A stretch of 64,000 bases of DNA, from positions 421,352,001-421,416,000 of the forward strand of contig OZ024740.1 of the NCBI GenBank assembly GCA_964016885.1, written 5' to 3'. The translations under genes and the position numbers were made by a program. Below, one piece after another: positions 1 to 15,100 of the stretch; position 1 is the first letter of the stretch; each line of letters begins with the position of its first letter. The notes beneath the pieces were generated by a model. The model was not told the DNA's origin. It made no database searches and was given only the letters and a program-made list of their open reading frames with translations. Source of the stretch: Eledone cirrhosa (taxonomy: Eukaryota).

Positions 1-1380
1 GTCACAATACTATATTTCTCACCTGTCACAATACTACATATCTCACCTGTCACAATACTACATATATCACCTCTCACAATACTACATATCTCACCTGTCA
101 CAATACTACATATCTCACCTGTCACAATATTACATATCTCACCTGTCACAATACTACATATCTCACCTGTCACAATATTATATATCTCACCTGTCACGAT
201 ACTACATATCTCACCTGTCACAATACTATATATCTCACCGGTCCCAATACTACATATCTCAGCTGTCACAATATTACATATCTCACCTGTCACAATACTA
301 TATATCTCACCCGTCACAATACCATATATCTCACCTGTCACAATATTACATATCTCACCTGTCACAATATTATATATCTCATCTGTCACAATACTATATA
401 TCTCACCTGTCACAATATTACATATCTCACCTGTCACAATACTATATATCTCCCCTGTCACAATAATATATATCTCACCTGTCACAATATTACATATCTC
501 AACTGTCACAATATTAAATATCTCACGTGTCACAATACTACATACCTCAGCTGTCACAATATTACATATCTCACCTGTCACAATACTAAATATCTCACCT
601 GTCACGATACTACATATCTCACATGTTACAATACTATATATCTCACCTGTAACAATACTATATATCTCACCTGTCACAATACTATATATCTCACCTGTCA
701 CAATACTATATATCTCACCCATCACAATACTATATATCTCACCTGTCACAATATTACATATCTCACCTGTCACAATATTATATGTTTCATCTGTCACAAT
801 ACTATACATCTCACTTGTCACAATACTACATATCTCACATGTCACAATATTATATATCTCATCTGTCACAATACTATATATCTCACCTGTCACAATATTA
901 CATATCTCACCTGTCACAATACTATATATCTCCCCTATCACAATAATATATATCTCACCTGTCACAATATTATATATCTCATCTGTCACAATACTATATA
1001 TCTCACCTGTCACAATATTACATATCTCACCTGTCACAATACTACATATCTCACCTGTCACAATGCTACATATATCACCTGTCACAATATTACATATCTC
1101 AACTGTCACAATATTTAATATCTCACGTGTCACAATACTACATATCTCAGCTGTCACAATATTACATATCTCACCCGTCACAATACTATATATCTCACCT
1201 GTCACAATACTATATATCTCACCTATTACAATACTATATATCTCACCTGTCACAATATTATATATCTCAGCTGTCACAATATTACATATCTCACCTGTTA
1301 CAATACTATATATCTCACCTGTCACTACTATTTATCTCACCTGTCACAATACTACATATCCCACCTGTCATAATATTACA
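1..1380. repeat. Higher-order block repeated about 4.87 kb downstream (~4850-6250)
   Basis: Shared rare variants TATATCACCTCT, AATACCAT, TACTAAAT, the 22-bp monomer (1319/6189) and ATCCCACC. Offset 4870 at the right end. Confidence 0.85.
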
Positions 1381-4300
1381 TATCTCACCTGTCACAATAC
1401 TACATATCTCACCTGTCATAATATTACATATCTCACCTGTCACAATATTACATATCTCACCTGTCACAATACTATATTGCTCACCTGTCACAATACTACA
1501 TATCTCACCTGTCACAATACTACATATCTCACCTCTCACAATATTACATATCTCACCTGTCACAATACTACATATCTCACCTGTCACAATATTACATATC
1601 TCACCTGTCACAATACTACATATCTCACCTGTCACAATATTATATATCTCACCTGTCACAATACTATATATCTCACCTGTCACAATACTATATATCTCAC
1701 TTGTCACAATTCTATATATCTCACCTGTCACAATATTATATATCTCACCTGTCACAATACTACATATCTCACCTGCCACAATACTATATATCTCACCTGT
1801 CACAATATTACATATCTCACCTGTCACAATATTACATATCTCAACTTTCACAATATTATATATCTCACCGGTCACAATACTATATATCTCAACTGTCACA
1901 ATATTATATATCTCACCTGTCACAATATTACATATCTCACCTGTCACAATACTATATATCTTACCTGTCACAATACTATATATCTCACCTGTCACAATAT
2001 TACATATCTCAACTGTCACAATATTAAATATCTCACGTGTCACAATACTTCATACCTCAGCTGTCACAATATTACATATCTCACCTGTCACAATACTACA
2101 TATCTCACCTGTCACGATACTACATATCTCACATGTTACAATACTATATATCTCACCTGTAACAATACTATATATCTCACCTGTCACAATACTATATATC
2201 TCACCTGTCAGAATACTACATATCTCACCTGTCACAATATTACATATCTCACCTGTCACAATACTATATATCTCACCTGTCACAATACTATATATCTCAC
2301 CCATCACAATACTATATATCTCACCTGTCACAATATTACATATCTCACCTGTCACAATATTATATGTTTCATCTGTCACAATACTATACATCTCACTTGT
2401 CACAATACTACATATCTCACCTGTCACAATATTATATATCTCATCTGTCACAATACTATATATCTCACCTGTCACAATATTACATATCTCACCTGTCACA
2501 ATACTATATATCTCCCCTGTCACAATAATATATATCTCACCTGTCACAATATTATATATCTCATCTGTCACAATACTATATATCTCACCTGTCACAATAT
2601 TACATATCTCACCTGTCACAATACTACATATCTCACCTGTCACAATGCTACATATCTCACCTGTCACAATATTACATATCTCAACTGTCACAATATTTAA
2701 TATCTCACCTGTCACAATACTACATATCTCACCTGTCACAATATTATATATCTCACCTGTCACAATACTACATATCTCATCTGTCACAATATTATATATC
2801 TCATTTGTCACAATATTACATATCTCACTGGTCACAATACTATATATCTCCCCTGTCACAATAATATATATCTCACCTGTCACAATATTACATATCTCAA
2901 CTGTCACAATATTAAATATCTCACGTGTCACAATACTATATATCTCACCCGTCACAATACTATATATCTCACCTGTCATAATATTACATATCTCACCTGT
3001 CACAATATTACATATCTCACCTGTCACAATACTATATTGCTCACCTGTCACAATACTACATATCTCACCTGTCACAATACTATATATCTCACCGGTCCCA
3101 ATACTACATATCTCAGCTGTCACAATATTACATATCTCACCTGTCACAATATTATATATCTCATCTGTCACAATACTATATATCTCACCTGTCACAATAT
3201 TACATATCTCACCTGTCACAATACTATATATCTCCCCTGTCACAATAATATATATCTCACCTGTCACAATATTACATATCTCAACTGTCACAATATTAAA
3301 TATCTCACGTGTCACAATACTACATACCTCAGCTGTCACAATATTACATATCTCACCTGTCACAATACTACATATCTCACCTGTCACGATACTACATATC
3401 TCACATGTTACAATACTATATATCTCACCTGTAACAATACTATATATCTCACCTGTCAGAATACTATATATCTCACCTGTCAGAATACTACATATCTCAC
3501 CTGTCACAATATTACATATCTCACCTGTCACAATACTATATATCTCACCTGTCACAATACTATATATCTCACCCATCACAATACTATATATCTCACCTGT
3601 CACAATATTACATATCTCACCTGTCACAATATTATATGTTTCATCTGTCACAATACTATACATCTCACTTGTCACAATACTACATATCTCACCTGTCACA
3701 ATATTATATATCTCATCTGTCACAATACTATATATCTCACCTGTCACAATATTACATATCTCACCTGTCACAATACTATATATCTCCCCTGTCACAATAA
3801 TATATATCTCACCTGTCACAATATTATATATCTCATCTGTCACAATACTATATATCTCACCTGTCACAATATTACATATCTCACCTGTCACAATGCTACA
3901 TATCGCACCTGTCACAATATTACATATCTCAACTGTCACAATATTTAATATCTCACGTGTCACAATACTACATACCTCAGCTGTCACAATATTACATATC
4001 TCACCCGTCACAATACTATATATCTCACCTGTCACAATACTATATATCTCACCTATTACAATACTATATATCTCACCTGTCACAATATTACATATCTCAC
4101 TGGTCAGAATACTACATATCTCACCTGTCACAATACTATATATCTCACCTGTCACAATACTATACATCTCACCTGTTACAATACTATATATCTCACCTGT
4201 CACAATACTACATATCTCACCTGTCACAATATTACATATCTCACCTGTCACAAAACTACATATCTCAACTGTCACAATACTATATATCTCACCTGTCACA

Positions 4301-7114
4301 ATATTACATATCTCAACTGTCACAATATTAAATATCTCACATGTCACAATACTACATACCTCAGCTGTCACAATATTACATATCTCACATGTCACAATAC
4401 TACATATCTCACCTGTCACGATACTACATATCTCACATGTTACAATACTATATATCTCACCTGTAACAATACTATATATCTCACCTGTCACAATACTATA
4501 TATCTCACCTGTCAGAATACTACATATCTCACCTGTCACAATATTACATATCTCACCTGTCACAATACTATATATCTCACCTGTCACAATACTATATATC
4601 TCACCCATCACAATACTACATATCTCAGCTGTTACAATATTACATATCTCACCTGTCACAATACTATATATCTCACCTGTCACAATACTATATATCTCAC
4701 CCATCACAATACTACATATCTCAGCTGTCACAATATTACATATCTCACCTGTCACAATACTATATATCTCACCCGTCACAATACTATATATCTCACCTGT
4801 CATAATATTACATATCTCACCTGTCACAATATTACATATCTCACCTGTCACAATACTATATTGCTCACCTGTCACAATACTACATATCTCACCTGTCACA
4901 ATACTACATATATCACCTCTCACAATATTACATATCTCACCTGTCACAATACTACATATCTCACCTGTCACAATACTACATATCTCACCTGTCACAATAT
5001 TACATATCTCACCTGTCACAATACTACATATCTCACCTGTCACAATATTATATATCTCACCTGTCACAATACTACATATCTCACCTGTCACAATACTATA
5101 TATCTCACCGGTCCCAATACTACATATCTCAGCTGTCACAATATTACGTATCTCACCTGTCACAATACTATATATCTCACCCGTCACAATACCATATATC
5201 TCACCTGTCACAGTATTACATATCTCACCTGTCACAATATTATATATCTCATCTGTCACAATACTATATATCTCACCTGTCACAATATTACATATCTCAC
5301 CTGTCACAATACTATATATCTCCCCTGTCACAATAATATATATCTCACCTGTCACAATATTACATATCTCAACTGTCACAATATTAAATATCTCACGTGT
5401 CACAATACTACATGCCTCAGCTGTCACAATATTACATATCTCACCTGTCACAATACTAAATATCTCACCTGTCACGATACTACATATCTCACATCTTACA
5501 ATACTATATATCTCACCTGTAACAATACTATATATCTCACCTGTCACAATACTATATATCTCACCTGTCACAATACTATATATCTCACCCATCACAATAC
5601 TATATATCTCACCTGTCACAATATTACATATCTCACCTGTCACAATATTATATGTTTCATCTGTCACAATACTATACATCTCACTTGTCACAATACTACA
5701 TATCTCACATGTCACAATATTATATATCTCATCTGTCACAATACTATATATCTCACCTGTCACAATATTACATATCTCACCTGTCACAATACTATATATC
5801 TCCCCTGTCACAATAATATATATCTCACCTGTCACAATATTATATATCTCATCTGTCACAATACTATATATCTCACCTGTCACAATATTACATATCTCAC
5901 CTGTCACAATACTACATATCTCACCTGTCACAATGCTACATATATCACCTGTCACAATATTACATATCTCAACTGTCACAATATTTAATATCTCACGTGT
6001 CACAATACTACATATCTCAGCTGTCACAATATTACATATCTCACCCGTCACAATACTATATATCTCACCTGTCACAATACTATATATCTCACCTATTACA
6101 ATACTATATATCTCACCTGTCACAATATTATATATCTCAGCTGTCACAATATTACATATCTCACCTGTTACAATACTATATATCTCACCTGTCACTACTA
6201 TTTATCTCACCTGTCACAATACTACATATCCCACCTGTCATAATATTACATATCTCACCTGTCACAATACTACATATCTCACCTGTCACAATACTACATA
6301 TCTCACCTCTCACAATATTACATATCTCACCTGTCACAATACTACATATCTCACCTGTCACAATATTACATATCTCACCTGTCACAATACTACATATCTC
6401 ACCTGTCACAATATTATATATCTCACCTGTCACAATACTACATATCTCACCTGTCACAATATTATATATCTCACCTGTCACAATACTATATATCTCACCG
6501 GTCCCAATACTACATATCTCAGCTGTCACAATATTACATATCTCACCTGTCACAATACTATATATCTCACCCGTCACAATACTATATATCTCACCTGTCA
6601 CAATATTACATATCTCACCTGTCACAATATTATATATCTCATCTGTCACAATACTATATATCTCAGCTGTCACAATATTACATATCTCACCTGTCACAAT
6701 ACTATATATATCCCCTGTCACAAAAATATATATCTCACCTCTCACAATATTATATATCTCATCTGTCACAATACTATATATCTCACCTGTCACAATATTA
6801 CATATCTCACCTGTCACAATACTACATATCTCACCTGTCACAATGCTACATATCTCACCTGTCACAATATTACATATCTCATCTGTCACAATATTATATA
6901 TCTCATTTGTCACAATATTACATATCTCACTGGTCAGAATACTACATATCTCACCAGTCACAATACTATATATCTCACCTGTCACAATACTATACATCTC
7001 ACCTGTTACAATACTATATATCTCACCTGTCACAATACTACATATCTCACCTGTCACAATATTACATATCTCACCTGTCACAAAACTACATATCTCAACT
7101 GTCACAATACTATA

Positions 7115-7612
7115 TATCTCACCTGTCACAATATTACATATCTCAACTGTCACAATATTAAATATCTCACGTGTCACAATACTACATACCTCAGCTGTCA
7201 CAATATTACATATCTCACCTGTCACAATACTACATATCTCACCTGTCACGATACTACATATCTCACATGTTACAATACTATATATCTCACCTGTAACAAT
7301 ACTATATATCTCACCTGTCACAATACTACATATCTCACCTGTCACAATATTACATATCTCACCTGTCACAATATTACATATCTCAACTGTCACAATATTA
7401 AATATCTCACGTGTCACAATACTACATACCTCAGCTGTCACAATATTACATATCTCACCTGTCACAATACTACATATCTCACCTGTCACGATACTACATA
7501 TCTCACATGTTACAATACTATATATCTCACCTGTAACAATACTATATATCTCACCTGTCACAATACTACATATCTCACCTGTCACAATATTACATATCTC
7601 ACCTGTCACAAT
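7115..7612. repeat. 240-bp (10-monomer) tandem duplication private to the first macro-unit
   Basis: Lines 7141/7381, 7201/7441 and 7261/7501 are identical. Single-copy at the homologous 19.2 and 34.3 kb sites, which explains the offset change from 12060 to 11820. Confidence 0.9.
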
Positions 7613-9533
7613 ACTATATATCTCACCTGTCACAATACTATATATCTCACCCATCACAATACTACATATCTCAGCTGTCACAATATTACATATCTCACCT
7701 GTCACAATACTATATATCTCACCTGTCACAATAATATATATCTCACCCATCACAATACTACATATCTCAGCTGTCACAATATTACATATCTCACCTGTCA
7801 CAATACTATATATCTCACCCGTCACAATACTATATATCTCACCTGTCATCATACTACATATCTCACCTGTAACAATATTACATATCTCACCTGTCACAAT
7901 ACTATATTGCTCACCTGTCACAATACTACATATCTCACCTGTCACAATACTACATATCTCACCTCTCACAATATTACATATCTCACCTGTCACAATACTA
8001 CATATCTCACCTGTCACAATACTACATATCTCACCTGTCACAATACTACATATCTCACCTGTCACGATATTATATATCTCACCTGTCACAATATTACATA
8101 TCTCAACTGTCACAATATTAAATATCTCACGTGTCACAATACTACATACCTCAGCTGTCACAATATTACATATCTCACCTGTCACAATACTACATATCTC
8201 ACCTGTCACGATACTACATATCTCACATGTTACAATACTATATATCTCACCTGTCACAATACTATATATCTCACCTGTCAGAATACTACATATCTCACCT
8301 GTCACAATATTACATATCTCACCTGTCACAATACTATATATCTCACCTGTCACAATACTATATATCTCACCCATCACAATACTATATATCTCACCTGTCA
8401 CAATATTACATATCTCACCTGTCACAATATTATATATTTCATCTGTCACAATACTATACATCTAACTTGTCACAATACTACATATCTCACCTGTCACAAT
8501 ATTATATATCTCATCTGTCACAATACTATATATCTCACCTGTCACAATACTACATATCTCACCTGTCACAATATTACATATCTCACCTGTCACAATACTA
8601 TATATCTCACCTGTCACAATACTATATATCTCACCCATCACAATACTACATATCTCAGCTGTCACAATATTACATATCTCACCTGTCACAATACTATATA
8701 TCTCACCTGTCACAATAATATATATATCACCCATCACAATACTACATATCTCAGCTGTCACAATATTACATATCTCACCTGTCACAATACTATATATCTC
8801 ACCCGTCACAATACTATATATCTCACCTGTCATCATACTACATATCTCACCTGTCACAATATTACATATCTCACCTGTCACAATACTATATTGCTCACCT
8901 GTCACAATACTACATATCTCACCTGTCACAATACTACATATCTCACCTCTCACAATATTACATATCTCACCTGTCACAATACTATATATCTCACCTGTCA
9001 CAATACTACATATCTCACCTGTCACAATACTACATATCTCACCTGTCACAATATTATATATCTCACCTGTCACAATATTACATATCTCAACTGTCACAAT
9101 ATTAAATATCTCACGTGTCACAATACTACATACCTCAGCTGTCACAATATTACATATCTCACCTGTCACAATACTACATATCTCACCTGTCACGATACTA
9201 CATATCTCACATGTTACAATACTATATATCTCACCTGTCACAATACTATATATCTCACCTGTCAGAATACTACATATCTCACCTGTCACAATATTACATA
9301 TCTCACCTGTCACAATACTATATATCTCACCTGTCACAATACTATATATCTCACCCATCACAATACTATATATCTCACCTGTCACAATATTACATATCTC
9401 ACCTGTCACAATATTATATATTTCATCTGTCACAATACTATACATCTAACTTGTCACAATACTACATATCTCACCTGTCACAATATTATATATCTCATCT
9501 GTCACAATACTATATATCTCACCTGTCACAATA
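7537..9533. repeat. 984-bp (41-monomer) tandem duplication
   Basis: TCTAACTTG at 8461 and 9445, CCATC at 7651 and 8635, ORF starts 8131 and 9115. Confidence 0.9.
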
Positions 9534-9539
9534 TTACAT

Positions 9540-12130
9540 ATCTCACCTGTCACAATACTATATATCTCCCCTGTCACAATAATATATATCTCACCTGTCA
9601 CAATATTATATATCTCATCTGTCACAATACTATATATCTCACCTGTCACAATATTACATATCTCACCTGTCACAATAGTACATATCTCACCTGTCACAAT
9701 GCTACATATCTCACCTGTCACAATATTACATATCTCAACTGTCACAATATTTAATATCTCACGTGTCACAATACTACATACCTCAGCTGTCACAATATTA
9801 CATATCTCACTTGTCACAATACTACATATCTCACCTGTCACAATACTACATATCTCACATGTTACAATACTATATATCTCTCCTGTCACAATACTACATA
9901 TCTCACATGTTACAATACTATATATCTCACCTGTAACAATACTATATATCTCACCTGTCACAATACTATATATCTCACCTGTCACAATATTACATATCTC
10001 ACCTGTCACAATATTATATATTTCATCTGTCACAATACTATACATCTCACTTGTCACAATACTACATATCTCACCTGTCACAATATTACATATCTCACCT
10101 GTCACAATACTACATATCTCACCTCTCACAATATTACATATCTCACCTGTCACAATACTACATATCTCAGCTGTCACAATATTACATATCTCACCTGTCA
10201 CACTATTACATATCTCACCCGTCACAATACTATATATCTCACCTGTCACAATACTATATATCTCACCTGTTACAATACTATATATCTCACCTGTCACAAT
10301 ATTATATATCTCACATGTCACAATACTACATATCTCAGCTGTCACAATATTACATATCTCACCTGTTACAATACTATATATCTCACTTGTCACTACTATT
10401 TATCTCACCTGTCACAATACTACATATCTCACCTGTCATAATATTACATATCTCACCTGTCACAATACTACATATCTCACCTGTCATAATATTACATATC
10501 TCACCTGTCACAATGTTACATATCTCACCTGTCACAATACTATATTGCTCACCTGTCACAATACTACATATCTCACCTGTCACAATATTACATATCTCAC
10601 CTGTCACAATACTACATATCTCAACTCTCACAATATTACATATCTCACCTGTCAAAATACTACATATCTCACATGTCACAATACTACATATCTCACCTGT
10701 CACAATATTAGATATCTCACCTGTCACAATACTACATATCTCACCTGTCACAATACTACATATCTCACCTGTCACAATACTATATATCTCACCGGTCCCA
10801 ATACTACATATCTCACCTCTCACAATATTACATATCTCACCTGTCACAATACTATATATCTCCCCTGTCACAATAATATATATCTCACCTGTCACAATAT
10901 TATATATCTCATCTGTCACAATACTATATATCTCACCTGTCACAATATTACATATCTCACCTGTCACAATACTACATATCTCACCTGTCACAATGCTACA
11001 TATCTCACCTGTCACAATATTACATATCTCAACTGTCACAATATTTAATATCTCATGTGTCACAATACTACATACCTCAGCTGTCACAATATTACATATC
11101 TCACCTGTTACAATACTACATATCTCACATGTTACAATACTATATATCTCTCCTGTCACAATACTACATATCTCACATGTTACAATACTATATATCTCAC
11201 CTGTAACAATACTATATATCTCACCTGTCACAATACTATATATCTCACCTGTCACAATATTACATATCTCACCTGTCACAATATTATATATTTCATCTGT
11301 CACAATACTATACATCTCACTTGTCACAATACTACATATCTCACCTGTCACAATATTACATATCTCACCTGTCACAATACTACATATCTCACCTCTCACA
11401 ATATTACATATCTCACCTGTCACAATACTACATATCTCAGCTGTCACAATATTACATATCTCACCTGTCACACTATTACATATCTCACCCGTCACAATAC
11501 TATATATCTCACCTGTCACAATACTATATATCTCACCTGTTACAATACTATATATCTCACCTGTCACAATATTATATATCTCACATGTCACAATACTACA
11601 TATCTCAGCTGTCACAATATTACATATCTCACCTGTTACAATACTATATATCTCACCTGTCACTACTATTTATCTCACCTGTCACAATACTACATATCTC
11701 ACCTGTCATAATATTACATATCTCACCTGTCACAATACTACATATCTCACCTGTCATAATATTACATATCTCACCTGTCACAATGTTACATATCTCACCT
11801 GTCACAATACTATATTGCTCACCTGTCACAATACTACATATCTCACCTGTCACAATATTACATATCTCACCTGTCACAATACTACATATCTCAACTCTCA
11901 CAATATTACATATCTCACCTGTCAAAATACTACATATCTCACATGTCACAATACTACATATCTCACCTGTCACAATATTAGATATCTCACCTGTCACAAT
12001 ACTACATATCTCACCTGTCACAATACTACATATCTCACCTGTCACAATACTATATATCTCACCGGTCCCAATACTACATATCTCACCTCTCACAATATTA
12101 CATATCTCACCTGTCACAATACTATATATC
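9540..12130. repeat. ~1270-1294-bp (53-54 monomer) tandem duplication
   Basis: 22-bp monomer at 10387 and 11657. AATGTTAC, AACTCTC, GTCAAAAT and TTAGATATC each recur at +1270. ORF ends 9754 and 11048 are +1294. Confidence 0.9.
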
Positions 12131-15100
12131 TCACCTGTCACAATACTATATATCTCACCTGTCACAATATTACATATCTCACCTGTCACAATATTATATA
12201 TCTCATCTGTCACAATACTATATATCTCACCTGTCACAATATTACATATCTCACCTGTACCTATACTATATATCTCACCTGTCACAATACTATATATCTC
12301 CCCTGTCACAATAATATATATCTCACCTGTTACAATACTACATATCTAACTTGTCACAATACTATATATCTCGCCTGTCACAATACTATATATCTCACAT
12401 GTCACAATTCTATATAAGTCACCTGTTACAATACTACATATCTCACCTCTCACAATATTACATATCTCACCTGTCACAATACTACATATCTCACCTGTCA
12501 CAATACTACATATCTCAGCTGCCACAATATTACATATCTCACCTGTCACACTATTACATATCTCACCCGTCACAATACTATATATCTCACCTGTCACAAT
12601 ACTATATATCTCACCTGTTACAATACTATATATCTCACCTGTCACAATATTATATATCTCACATGTCACAATACTACATATCTCACCTGTCACAATACTA
12701 CATATCTCACCTGTCACAATACTATATATCTCACTTGTCACAACATTATATATCTCACCTGTCACAATACTACATATCTTACCTCTCACAATACTATATC
12801 TCACCAGTCACAATACTATATATCTCACCTGTCACAATACTATATATCTCACCTGTCACAACATTATATATCTCACCTGTCACAATATTACATATCTCAC
12901 CTGTCTCAATACTATATATCTCACCTGTCACAATACTACATGTCTCACCTGTCACAATACTATATATCTCACCTGTCACAACATTATATATCTCACCTGT
13001 CACAATACTATATATCTGACCTGTCACAATACTACACACCTCACCTGTCACAATATTACATATCTCACCTGTGACAATATTACACATCTCACCTGTGACA
13101 ATATTACATATCTCACCTGTCACAATATTACAGATCTCATCTGTCACAATACTACATACCTCATTTGTCACAATACTCCATCTCTCACCTGTCACAATAC
13201 TACATATCTCACCTGTCACAATATTATATATCTCACCTGACATAATACTACATATCTCACCTGTCACAATACTACATATCTCACCTGTCACAACACTATA
13301 TATCTCACCGGTCCCAATACTACATATCTCACCTGTCACAATATTACATATCTCACCTGTCACAATATTACATATCTCACCTGTCAGAATACTACATATC
13401 TCACCTGTTACAATACTATATATCTCACCTGTAACAATACTATATATCTCACCTGTTACAATACTACTATCTCACCTGTCACAATACTACATATCTCACC
13501 TGTCACAATATTATATATCTCACCTGTCACAATACTATATATCTCACCTGTCACAATACTATATATCTCACCTGTGACAATACTATATATCTCACCTGTC
13601 ACAATATTATATATCTCACCTGTCACAATACTATATATCTCACCTGTCACAATACTATATATCTCACCCATCACAATACTACATATCTCAGCTGTCACAA
13701 TATTACATATCTCACCTGTCACAATACTATATATCTCACCTGTCACAATACTATATATCTCACCCATCACAATACTACATATCTCAGCTGTCACAATATT
13801 ACATATCTCACCTGTCACAATACTATATATCTCACCCGTCACAATACTATATATCTCACCTGTCATCATACTACATATCTCACCTGTCACAATATTACAT
13901 ATCTCACCTGTCACAATACTATATTGCTCACCTGTCACAATACTACATATCTCACATGTCACAATACTACATATCTCACCTCTCACAATATTACATATCT
14001 CACCTGTCACAATACTACATATCTCACCTGTCACAATACTACATATCTCACCTGTCACAATATTACATATCTCACCTATCACAATACTACATATCTCACC
14101 TGTCACAATATTATATATCTCAACAGTCACAATACTACATATCTCACCTTTCACAATACTATATATCTCAACGGTCCCAATACTACATATCTCAGCTGTC
14201 ACAATATTACATATCTCACCTGTCACAATACTATATATCTCACCCGTCACAATACTATATATCTCACCTGTCACAATATTACATATCTCACCTGTCACAA
14301 TATTATATATCTCATCTGTCACAATACTATATATCTCACCTGTCACAATATTACATATCTCACCTGTCACAATACTATATATCTCCCCTGTCACAATAAT
14401 ATATATCTCACCTGTCACAATATTACATATCTCAACTGTCACAATATTAAATATCTCACGTGTCACAATACTACATACCTCAGCTGTCACAATATTACAT
14501 ATCTCACCTGTCACGATACTACATATCTCACATGTTACAATACTATATATCTCACCTGTAACAATACTATATATCTCACCTGTCACAATACTATATATCT
14601 CACCTGTCAGAATACTACATATCTCACCTGTCACAATATTACATATCTCACCTGTCACAATACTATATATCTCACCTGTCACAATACTATATATCTCACC
14701 CATCACAATACTATATATCTCACCTGTCACGATATTACATATCTCACCTGTCACAATATATGTTTCATCTGTCACAATACTATACATCTCACTTGTCACA
14801 ATACTACATATCTCACCTGTCACAATATTATATATCTCATCTGTCACAATACTATATATCTCACCTGTCACAATATTACATATCTCACCTGTCACAATAC
14901 TATATATCTCCCCTGTCACAATAATATATATCTCACCTGTCACAATATTATATATCTCATCTGTCACAATACTATATATCTCACCTGTCACAATATTACA
15001 TATCTCACCTGTCACAATACTACATATCTCACCTGTCACAATGCTACATATCGCACCTGTCACAATATTACATATCTCAACTGTCACAATATTTAATATC

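Larger units (their letters stand above)
2000..14100. repeat. Older, more diverged copy of the ~12-kb macro-unit, collinear with ~14.4-26.0 kb
   Basis: Marker offsets step by whole monomers: 12396 (2700/15096), 12348 (3948/16296), 12300 (4861/17161), 12180 (5988/18168), 12060 (6907/18967), 11820 (8131/19951 to 12351/24171), 11868 (13574/25442). Collinearity is broken locally at ~2700-3060. Confidence 0.88.

Noticed and set aside
2050-6195. Ice-nucleation or antifreeze beta-solenoid protein (8-aa period, Thr/Cys-rich)
   Set aside because: No AGYGSTxT octapeptide as in InaZ and no 12-aa TCT repeat as in beetle antifreeze proteins. Frameshifting monomers are amplified freely.
1127-9754. Giant ORFs (2875, 2666, 2706, 1679 aa and others) as real protein-coding genes
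   Set aside because: They overlap in four frames on both strands and have no unique N- or C-terminal domain. They change repeat peptide at 1-2 bp deletions, and their ends are set by sporadic variant stops. This is expected from a stop-free 24-bp monomer.
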